From positions 1 through 53,593 of IMG/VR virus record IMGVR_UViG_3300006802_015709: a DNA stretch of 53,593 nt; one strand, 5' to 3'. The notes beneath the pieces were generated by a model. That model ran no database searches and was not told the origin of the DNA. It was given only the letters and a program-made list of their open reading frames with translations. This DNA comes from a virus. Taxonomy: Duplodnaviria; Caudoviricetes. Every line of letters begins with the position of its first letter. The stretch's first letter is position 1. The translations under genes and the position numbers were made by a program. Below, piece by piece: positions 18,315 through 25,863 of this stretch.

Positions 18315-20171
18315 ATGGAACTATCTAACCGGATACTCAGCGATATCACAGTACATATGAAGTATGCAAAATATCAGCCTGAGCTACAAAGACGTGAAAC
18401 ATGGGAAGAATTAGTAACACGTAATAAAGAAATGCATATCAAAAAATATCCTGCTATTAAAGATGAAATCGAGGCAGCATATCAATTTGTATATGATAAA
18501 AAAGTATTACCATCAATGCGTAGTTTGCAGTTTGGTGGTAAGCCTATTGAAATATCTCCAAACAGAGTTTACAATTGTGCGTATTTACCAATAGATGATT
18601 GGAGATCATTCTCAGAAGTTATGTTCTTGTTGTTAGGTGGTACTGGAGTAGGGTATTCAGTTCAACAGCATCATGTTGATGCATTACCAGAAATACATAA
18701 ACCTAATTTTGAACGTAACCGTAGATATTTAATTGCGGATTCAATTGAAGGATGGGCAGATGCTATAAAAGTTTTAATGAAGAGCTATTTCTTTGGAGGG
18801 TCTAGACTGAAATTCGATTTCAGTGATATTAGACCAAAAGGTGCTCGTTTAGTTACATCAGGTGGTAAAGCACCTGGTCCTCAACCTCTTAAAGAGGCGT
18901 TGGTAAAAATAGAGGGAATACTAAATGAGAAACAGAATGGCGAGAAGCTCAAAGCTATTGATGTTCATGATATCGTTTGTCATATTGCTGATGCCGTTCT
19001 CGCTGGTGGTATTAGGCGTGCTGCACTTATATCGCTATTTTCGGCAGACGATGATGAAATGATTGCATGTAAAGCTGGTAATTGGTGGGAATTGAATCCA
19101 CAGAGAGGCCGAGCTAATAATTCAGCAGTACTAATGCGACATAAAATTACAAAGGAGTTCTTTATGAGCCTTTGGAAGCGTATTGAAGCATCTGGTGCTG
19201 GAGAACCTGGCATATATCTTTCAAATGATAAAGATTGGGGTACTAATCCGTGTTGTGAAATAGCACTAAGACCATACCAATTCTGTAACCTATGTGAGGT
19301 AAATGCATCGGATATCGAATCACAAGAAGATTACGAATCCAGAGTAAAGGCAGCTACATTTATTGGTACACTTCAAGCTGGATATACCGATTTTCATTAT
19401 TTAAGGCCAGTTTGGCAAAGAACAACAGAAAAGGATGCTCTTATTGGTATTTCAATGACCGGTATAGGATCAGGTACAGTATTAGGTTATAATATGAAGT
19501 CCGCTGCTAAACTAGTTAAAGAAGAAAATGCCAGAGTAGCAGAATTAATTGGTATCAATAAATCAGCAAGATGTACAACCGTTAAACCTGCAGGAACAAC
19601 TTCATTAACCTTAGGAACGTCATCTGGTATTCATGCATGGCACAATGATTATTATATTAGGCGAGTGAGAGTAGGTAAGAATGAAGCTATTTATACATAT
19701 CTAGCTATTCATCATCCAGAATTAATTGAAGATGAGTATTTCCGGCCACATGATACAGCTGTGATATCAGTACCACAAAAAGCACCAGCTGGGTCAATAT
19801 TGAGAACCGAATCACCATTTCAATTATTAGAAAGAGTAAAGCGAGTTCATTTAGAATGGATCAAGTCAGGTCACCGGTCCGGTTCAAATACTCATAATGT
19901 ATCTGCTACTATATCAATTCGAGATCATGAATGGGATTCTGTAGGAGAGTGGCTTTGGAACGAACGCGCGCATTATAATGGATTATCCGTATTACCATAT
20001 TCAGATCATACATATAACCAAGCTCCATTCGAAGATATCACAGAAAGCGAGTATGAGCGATTAATGAAATCATTATCTAATATAGACTTGTCAAAGATTG
20101 TTGAATTAGATGATGATACAGATCTATCGGGAGAATTAGCTTGTTCTGGAGCTAGTTGTGAAATAATTTAA
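18315..20171 (+). CDS. nrdJ: Class II (adenosylcobalamin-dependent) ribonucleotide reductase
   Basis: YNCA, GGIRRAALI, TNPCCEI, CNLCE, TTVKPAGT and C-terminal ACSGASCEI; single subunit with no nrdB nearby. Confidence 0.9.
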   Translation: MELSNRILSDITVHMKYAKYQPELQRRETWEELVTRNKEMHIKKYPAIKDEIEAAYQFVYDKKVLPSMRSLQFGGKPIEISPNRVYNCAYLPIDDWRSFSEVMFLLLGGTGVGYSVQQHHVDALPEIHKPNFERNRRYLIADSIEGWADAIKVLMKSYFFGGSRLKFDFSDIRPKGARLVTSGGKAPGPQPLKEALVKIEGILNEKQNGEKLKAIDVHDIVCHIADAVLAGGIRRAALISLFSADDDEMIACKAGNWWELNPQRGRANNSAVLMRHKITKEFFMSLWKRIEASGAGEPGIYLSNDKDWGTNPCCEIALRPYQFCNLCEVNASDIESQEDYESRVKAATFIGTLQAGYTDFHYLRPVWQRTTEKDALIGISMTGIGSGTVLGYNMKSAAKLVKEENARVAELIGINKSARCTTVKPAGTTSLTLGTSSGIHAWHNDYYIRRVRVGKNEAIYTYLAIHHPELIEDEYFRPHDTAVISVPQKAPAGSILRTESPFQLLERVKRVHLEWIKSGHRSGSNTHNVSATISIRDHEWDSVGEWLWNERAHYNGLSVLPYSDHTYNQAPFEDITESEYERLMKSLSNIDLSKIVELDDDTDLSGELACSGASCEII

Positions 20172-20220
20172 TTTATAAAATTTTGTTCGTCTTGTATATT
20201 TATTAATATAAACCATTATA

Positions 20221-20943
20221 ATGGATACTATTATGATAATATACAAGACAACAAATTTAATTAATGGAAAAATCTATATCGGAAAGGATAAACATAATAA
20301 TCCTAACTATATAGGTTCTGGTTTAAGTTTACAGAATGCTATTAAAAAATATGGTAAAGTCAATTTTCAAAAAGAAATTTTAGAATATTGTGATTCAGAG
20401 GAACATATGTTAGAGCGAGAAATAATTTGGATACATAAGCTTAATTCAACAGATCGTGCAATTGGATATAACATGACAGTTGGTGGTAACGGAGGTAATA
20501 CTAGAATAAATTATACAGACCAACAACTAACTGAATATAAAGATAAACTATCACATGGATTGCGTAATTCTAAAAAATATGCTACCTTTATTAAAAATAA
20601 AACAGGTACTAAACGACCAGACCATTCGAAAAAAATGAAAGAATTATATCGATCGGGTAAACTAGTACCGCACAATAAAGGAGTTCCATGTCCACAGCAT
20701 GTAAAAGATATCTTATCTAAAAGATTAAAAGGAGTAAAATTAACCGAGGAGCATAAAGCTAAGATTGGAAAAAGTAAATGTAAAGCAGTTGAAGTGTATA
20801 CATTGGAAGATGTTTATATTGAGACTTTGCCTAGTATAAAAACAGCTTCTAAGAAATATAATGTAGGCCGCGACAGTATTTATGGGTGTTGTATAGGCAA
20901 GTATAAACAAGGAGCAGGATATAAATGGAAATATGCGAGGTAG
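20221..20943 (+). CDS. Free-standing GIY-YIG homing endonuclease with NUMOD3/NUMOD1-like DNA-binding modules
   Basis: IYKTTNLINGKIYIG, AIKKYG..NF.KEILE, GYNMT.GG.GG, EEHKAKIG, C-terminal GYKWKY. Confidence 0.9.
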   Translation: MDTIMIIYKTTNLINGKIYIGKDKHNNPNYIGSGLSLQNAIKKYGKVNFQKEILEYCDSEEHMLEREIIWIHKLNSTDRAIGYNMTVGGNGGNTRINYTDQQLTEYKDKLSHGLRNSKKYATFIKNKTGTKRPDHSKKMKELYRSGKLVPHNKGVPCPQHVKDILSKRLKGVKLTEEHKAKIGKSKCKAVEVYTLEDVYIETLPSIKTASKKYNVGRDSIYGCCIGKYKQGAGYKWKYAR

Positions 20944-20958
20944 TTTAACATATTCATA

Positions 20959-21010
20959 TTTAGGTACGGAGGATTGGATATACACCATGTATATCCTTTC
21001 TTCACCTAAA
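20959..21010 (+). terminator. Probable intrinsic terminator hairpin
   Basis: Perfect 9-bp stem GGATATACA-CCA-TGTATATCC (20976-20996) followed by TTTCTT, with outer TTTAGGT/ACCTAAA pairing. Confidence 0.65.
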
Positions 21011-21037
21011 AAAAGTTGAAAAAAAGTTTCTGAAAAG

Positions 21038-21068
21038 GTTGGTCGCGTACGTTTTTTTCTTATCTTTA
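21038..21068 (+). promoter_or_regulatory. Bacteroidota-like promoter GTTG-N19-TATCTTTA
   Basis: Close to the -33 TTTG / -7 TAnnTTTG consensus; lies after the terminator and before a cluster of small ORFs. Confidence 0.6.
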
Positions 21069-21093
21069 GATATAACCTTTAAAGAAAGAGAAA

Positions 21094-21306
21094 ATGAGAA
21101 AAGTTGAAATGATTGTCCTGAGCCATTTGAATGATGCAATGTTAGAGATGCATATGGAATCGCTGAAAGATCAAGCTTATATGAGATTGCGATTTGTGAA
21201 ATATCTAATCTTTCATTATCCAGATACCACCGTTGAAATCGATGTAAAGGCTGAGTTCAAGAAATTCCAGTCTGAAGAATCCGTAATTGAAAACCTTAAT
21301 AAATAA
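21094..21306 (+). CDS. Hypothetical protein
   Basis: First ORF after the promoter; A-rich leader. Confidence 0.65.
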   Translation: MRKVEMIVLSHLNDAMLEMHMESLKDQAYMRLRFVKYLIFHYPDTTVEIDVKAEFKKFQSEESVIENLNK

Positions 21307-21313
21307 TAAAAAA

Positions 21314-21643
21314 ATGAAAAAGTTATATTTCATAGCATTTGCTGTGCTTATTGCATTTGTATGTGTTTATCCAGTTACTTATTATAGTCAATGGGATACT
21401 CAAACAGCTACCGTTACCGGTAAAGAAAGAATCACCAAAGTATCAGACGGTAATGATAATAGTTATTATCTCGTCTATACAGATAAAGGTACCTTTAAGG
21501 TAAAGGATTCACTCATTCTGTTCCGGTTCAATTCCAGTGATCTATATGGTAGTATCAAAGCTGATAGTACCTATACATTCAGAACAGTAGGCTTCAGAGC
21601 CGGATTCTTATCAGAATATCCTAATGTAGTAACCATTAACTAA
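21314..21643 (+). CDS. Membrane-anchored hypothetical protein (DUF1523-like)
   Basis: N-terminal TM, TVTGKER, YLVYTDKGTF..KDS....FNSSDLYG, G.R..FLS.YPN; start reassigned to ATG 21314. Confidence 0.7.
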   Translation: MKKLYFIAFAVLIAFVCVYPVTYYSQWDTQTATVTGKERITKVSDGNDNSYYLVYTDKGTFKVKDSLILFRFNSSDLYGSIKADSTYTFRTVGFRAGFLSEYPNVVTIN

Positions 21644-21650
21644 TTAACTA

Positions 21651-21881
21651 ATGTCAGAAGCAGAATTTTTAGCAGATGGTTGGGAGAAAGTAAATCTCGA
21701 CGAAGGTAATGTGAACATAGGCGATAATATCGTTAATGGAAATGGATGTTTTGGCACTCTTGCCAAGATTACTAAGAAAGGCAAGTATGCGGTAAGATTT
21801 GATATGGATTATTCAGATGAACCGTTAACTAAATTTAGTCCGGCTAAATTCGAAAGATTCTTTCTTGTAGATAAGCGATAA
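21651..21881 (+). CDS. Hypothetical protein
   Basis: Packed ORF in the small-gene cluster. Confidence 0.6.
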   Translation: MSEAEFLADGWEKVNLDEGNVNIGDNIVNGNGCFGTLAKITKKGKYAVRFDMDYSDEPLTKFSPAKFERFFLVDKR

Positions 21882-21882
21882 T

Positions 21883-22080
21883 ATGGCATTTGTAGACGCA
21901 CCAATCACAATAACATACAAGCTAAGTGAGAAAGCCAAGAAGGTACATAAAAAGACCTTCTATGGCACTCATATAGATCGTATTATTGATAAGCTTGAAA
22001 AGAACCGGTTACCAGGATTTACAGCTCGAACTGTAATCATGCATATAGGAATAGGAAAAAGATTTATAGATGGAAACTAA
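21883..22080 (+). CDS. Hypothetical protein
   Basis: Packed ORF. Confidence 0.6.
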   Translation: MAFVDAPITITYKLSEKAKKVHKKTFYGTHIDRIIDKLEKNRLPGFTARTVIMHIGIGKRFIDGN

Positions 22081-22324
22081 CAGAACTACAATACCATATA
22101 TGTCATTATATGATTATTATGGAAAGCCAATGGGTCGATGCTCATTAAGCGCGGATATATTCAATACTGCCCGGCGGTATGCTATTAAAATAGAAACGCG
22201 TCAGGTAAAAACAAAAACATATAGCGGTGATGTCATGCTATATCCAAAAGACTTCCTAGAGGCGTATGCAAAATTTCGGAAGGTAATAGATAACCTACCG
22301 GATTCTGCTAGACGTAAATTTTGA
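22070..22324 (+). CDS. Hypothetical protein
   Basis: MSLYDY.G...Y.G.VMLYPKDFL..Y pattern; overlaps the preceding ORF. Confidence 0.65.
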   Translation: METNRTTIPYMSLYDYYGKPMGRCSLSADIFNTARRYAIKIETRQVKTKTYSGDVMLYPKDFLEAYAKFRKVIDNLPDSARRKF

Positions 22325-22369
22325 TAATTGAGTTTTAATCGTTATATTATATAAATCAAAACAATAAAA

Positions 22370-22672
22370 ATGAGTAAGCAAAAAGGTTTCAATTACAAAG
22401 AGATTGCAATGGATTTCAATTGGTATAAAATTCCATCATGCGATCAGGAATATCTACGTACCATGATGATGGAAACGGTTACTGATAATTCAGTTAAGTC
22501 CACAGGCATATCTTTCCGGGATACATATCCAAATGCATCTAATTTTGCATTGTTCCAGTCTGAAGATAACAAAGATAACTATGCAGCAGAGTTCGCATTG
22601 CCAACGGCAGGTACGGCATCACATCTATTGCATGGACGTAAATATTATGCAGTTTGGACATATGAAGGATAA
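22370..22672 (+). CDS. Hypothetical protein
   Basis: Follows promoter TTTG-N19-TATATT at 22320-22348. Confidence 0.6.
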   Translation: MSKQKGFNYKEIAMDFNWYKIPSCDQEYLRTMMMETVTDNSVKSTGISFRDTYPNASNFALFQSEDNKDNYAAEFALPTAGTASHLLHGRKYYAVWTYEG

Positions 22673-22868
22673 GTATTATGGAATTCTGGTTACGTATAAT
22701 CCATTTGTAAATAAATGGTGTACATTTAGTCGTAACGATGAAAAATATTACTGGATTGGAGAAGCCAAAACAGTAGGAAAAGGAGATTCTCCGGTTGCAG
22801 CTTTGGAAAATTATTTCTATATTATAGACAAAGAAAAGGATATAAATGGGAAAGTATCAATCAACTAA
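22662..22868 (+). CDS. Hypothetical protein (68 aa)
   Basis: Start reassigned to ATG 22662, filling the gap before queD. Confidence 0.5.
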   Translation: MKDKYYGILVTYNPFVNKWCTFSRNDEKYYWIGEAKTVGKGDSPVAALENYFYIIDKEKDINGKVSIN

Positions 22869-23331
22869 ATTGTTTGAAAACTATTCTGTAGCTATTAGAC
22901 AATGGAAAGCTCAGCATTCACATTGCCAATTGTTACATGGATATGCATTGAAATTCAAAGTATGGTTCGAATCTAATACTCCAGATGATGAGAATATGGG
23001 GTTAGATGATATGAATTGGATCGTTGATTATGGTGGATTCCAAGATCCTCCACGTGGCAATGGACTTAAAGCCTGGATGGACCATATGTGGGATCATACA
23101 TTACTAATACAAGCAGACGATCCATATAGAGATGTATTTGAACAGATGGGTCAAATGGGTCTAGCTAAAGTTCATTTTCTTGAGAAGATGGGAGCTGAAT
23201 CTTGTGCTAAAATAGTATTTGACCATTTTAATGATGTCTTATCTAAAACAGATGCTGGTAGATGTAGAGTCGTTAAAGTCGAGTGTTTTGAAAATGATAA
23301 TAATTCAAGTATTTACGAGGAAACTAAATAA
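22846..23331 (+). CDS. queD: 6-carboxy-5,6,7,8-tetrahydropterin synthase
   Basis: HCQLLHGY, WIVDYG, WDHTLL, E..A and C-terminal VECFE motifs; adjacent to queE and folE. Confidence 0.9.
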   Translation: MGKYQSTKLFENYSVAIRQWKAQHSHCQLLHGYALKFKVWFESNTPDDENMGLDDMNWIVDYGGFQDPPRGNGLKAWMDHMWDHTLLIQADDPYRDVFEQMGQMGLAKVHFLEKMGAESCAKIVFDHFNDVLSKTDAGRCRVVKVECFENDNNSSIYEETK

Positions 23332-24170
23332 TGGCAAATTCAGAAGAAGGTAAATTATTGATCTCTGAGGATTTCTATTCTATTCAAGGAGAAGGTAAAA
23401 CGACAGGAGTACCATCTTATTTCATTAGATTAGCTAATTGCAATCTAACATGTGGTGCTACTGCGGCTTTTGTTAATAGGTTTAAGAAAGAAGAACGTGA
23501 TGATACACCGGGTTCATTTCGAGGTGATCTAGAGCAGGCAGGTAAAGCTACATGGACATGTGATTCTATTCCAGAATGGGCGAAAGGTGTTAATCAGCCT
23601 TATGATTATCTAATCGAAAGATGGAAGGATGAAGGTATCTTACATGATATCGCATCCGGACTAATCCATATCATATGGACTGGCGGTGAGCCTAATATAC
23701 CAATGCATCAGCGCGCAATCGTAGGATTCATGGAATACTTTGAAGAATATTGCTATGCATGTGATATTCCATTTACACCTTTCTGTGAAATAGAAACAAA
23801 TGGTACTATTCCATTAACAAAAGAATTGGAATATTATATCGATCAAATCAATTGCTCGCCAAAGCTATCTAATTCCGGTATGAATGCTAAGCAACGTATT
23901 AGAGAGAATGCATTGGATTCTATTAGGTCACATCCTAATTATCAATTCAAATTTGTAATTTCAAATGAAGATGATATCAAAGAGATGTTTGATGATTTTA
24001 TCAATGCATTTAACATTCCACTTACTAATGTATGTTGTATGCCTGGAATGGATTCGCGAGAAAATTTCCATGAACTAACTAAATGGGTAATGGAAATGGG
24101 TAAAAAGTATAAATTTATAGCATTGTCTAGAATGCACATTTCAGCTTACGACCAGACCACTGGTGTTTAA
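23331..24170 (+). CDS. queE: 7-carboxy-7-deazaguanine synthase (radical SAM)
   Basis: FYSIQGEG...G.PS.FIRL..CNL.C, WTCDS, TGGEP, IETNGT, NCSPK, FKFVI, R.HI. Confidence 0.92.
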   Translation: MANSEEGKLLISEDFYSIQGEGKTTGVPSYFIRLANCNLTCGATAAFVNRFKKEERDDTPGSFRGDLEQAGKATWTCDSIPEWAKGVNQPYDYLIERWKDEGILHDIASGLIHIIWTGGEPNIPMHQRAIVGFMEYFEEYCYACDIPFTPFCEIETNGTIPLTKELEYYIDQINCSPKLSNSGMNAKQRIRENALDSIRSHPNYQFKFVISNEDDIKEMFDDFINAFNIPLTNVCCMPGMDSRENFHELTKWVMEMGKKYKFIALSRMHISAYDQTTGV

Positions 24171-24184
24171 AAACAGGAGAAACT

Positions 24185-24484
24185 ATGAAAATGAAACCAA
24201 TGGGAGATATGCTCCTAATCAAAGTAACGGAAGAAGAAAAGAAAACTAGTTCAGGTATTCTACTAACTGCCAGTCAATCTGGATATGTATATGGTAAGGT
24301 TGCAGCAGTAGGTACAGGATTATTTACTCAGACTGGTGATAAAATACCAATGACTGCACGAGTAGGTGATACTGTATTAATGCAACAACATTTAATTAAT
24401 GATGGTCGTAAAGTAAGACTTGAGAATGAGGAGTATGCACTAATCAGAGAATCAGAATTATCAATGATATCAACAGGAGAATGA
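24185..24484 (+). CDS. groES: Co-chaperonin GroES
   Basis: KPMGD.LLIK...EEKKTSSGILL, G.VAAVGTG, VGDTVL, IRESEL. Confidence 0.92.
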   Translation: MKMKPMGDMLLIKVTEEEKKTSSGILLTASQSGYVYGKVAAVGTGLFTQTGDKIPMTARVGDTVLMQQHLINDGRKVRLENEEYALIRESELSMISTGE

Positions 24485-25191
24485 AAATGGGAGAAAATAA
24501 AAATACATCAATTGAATTAGTCAAGACCGGTTTTGCCAATGGTATTTCTACTCAACTAGCTGAAATTCAAGCAATACACGGACCTACAGTAGGTTTGACT
24601 GATTTGAATAAAGCTGATATTATTGATAAGGCAGAAAAAGCTTTTGGAGAATTTCTAGATGCATTAGGAGTAGATTGGCGCAATGATCCTAATTCAATGG
24701 GAACTCCTAGACGTGTTGCTAAAGCATATGTAAATGATCTATGGGCTGGCAGATATGAACCAGCACCATCAATTACAGCTTTTCCTAGTGATGGATATGA
24801 CGGAATGGTATTTGAAGGTGGCATTCCATTAACATCAATGTGCTCGCACCATCATCAGACCATACAAGGCCTAGTTCATGTAGCATATATTCCTGGCCAG
24901 GATAGTAAAGTAATTGGATTATCTAAGCTAAATCGATTGGTAGAACACTTTGGAAGACGAGGCGCTATCCAAGAGCAATTAACAGTTGCTATACATAATG
25001 CAGTAAGCACTATCATTAATGATAATAATGGTGTAGCTGTTATGGTTGAAGCTACTCACAATTGTGTACAATGTCGTGGTGTTAAGCATGGCGGAGCTAG
25101 TATGAAAACTAGTAAATTAACAGGTGCATTTAAAGATGATGCAGCAACGAGGAATGAATTTTATGAGTTCGTTAGAGGTTACCAAAAGTAA
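24481..25191 (+). CDS. folE: GTP cyclohydrolase I
   Basis: TPRRVAK, SMCSHHH, IGLSKLNR, QEQLT, H.C..CRGV. Confidence 0.95.
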   Translation: MKMGENKNTSIELVKTGFANGISTQLAEIQAIHGPTVGLTDLNKADIIDKAEKAFGEFLDALGVDWRNDPNSMGTPRRVAKAYVNDLWAGRYEPAPSITAFPSDGYDGMVFEGGIPLTSMCSHHHQTIQGLVHVAYIPGQDSKVIGLSKLNRLVEHFGRRGAIQEQLTVAIHNAVSTIINDNNGVAVMVEATHNCVQCRGVKHGGASMKTSKLTGAFKDDAATRNEFYEFVRGYQK

Positions 25192-25360
25192 AGAAGAGCA
25201 TAAAATAGAAATTGAGTATATCCGTACTAAACTACATCTAGCAGGACGTATTGGAATGGATGCTGAATTAGTATTCAATGCACTGCTATTAGCTAAATAC
25301 GGAGAATTTGAAACCCCATTTGAAGCATTTGTTTCATCAGTAGAAGACATATTAGAATGA
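25163..25360 (+). CDS. Hypothetical protein
   Basis: Fills the gap between folE and hpt and is translationally coupled to hpt (ATGA overlap); start uncertain. Confidence 0.55.
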   Translation: MSSLEVTKSKEEHKIEIEYIRTKLHLAGRIGMDAELVFNALLLAKYGEFETPFEAFVSSVEDILE

Positions 25361-25863
25361 ACATAGTAATACCTGAATACAAAATAGAACGACGTGTTAG
25401 AGCAATGGCACATACACTATCCGAAGAACACCGTAATAGTGGATCACCATATCCACCGGTGATGATTTGTGTATTAAATGGCGCTTTCATGTTCTTTACG
25501 GACCTAGTGAAAGATATGGGTATAGATATTGAGGTTGATTTTATCCGTCCAAAATCTTATATTGGTAAAGATAATTCAGGTGGAGTTACATTTACTAAAG
25601 ATATTGAGTTGTCACTTAAAGGTAAGCGAGTTTATATAGTTGAGGATATTGTGGATACCGGCCAGACAATGATGGAAATATTGAAGCGTGTAGATTCAGA
25701 AATGCCAGCTGAGATTAAAGTAGTAACGCTTGTTCATCGCGAAGGAAATAATGTTCCTGTAGATCATTATTGTCTTGAAGTGCAAGACCAATGGCTAGCT
25801 GGATTTGGCTTTGATGATAATGGTCTTAAACGTAATTATAGAAATTTATACGAAATTAATTAA
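25357..25863 (+). CDS. hpt: Hypoxanthine/guanine phosphoribosyltransferase
   Basis: CVLNGAFMFFTDL, PRPP-binding VYIVEDIVDTGQT, GFGFD....RN. Confidence 0.9.
   Translation: MNIVIPEYKIERRVRAMAHTLSEEHRNSGSPYPPVMICVLNGAFMFFTDLVKDMGIDIEVDFIRPKSYIGKDNSGGVTFTKDIELSLKGKRVYIVEDIVDTGQTMMEILKRVDSEMPAEIKVVTLVHREGNNVPVDHYCLEVQDQWLAGFGFDDNGLKRNYRNLYEIN

Noticed and set aside
20221-20943. Group I intron in nrdJ carrying the endonuclease
   Set aside because: nrdJ is complete with its C-terminal cysteine pair before the endonuclease, and no downstream exon is evident.
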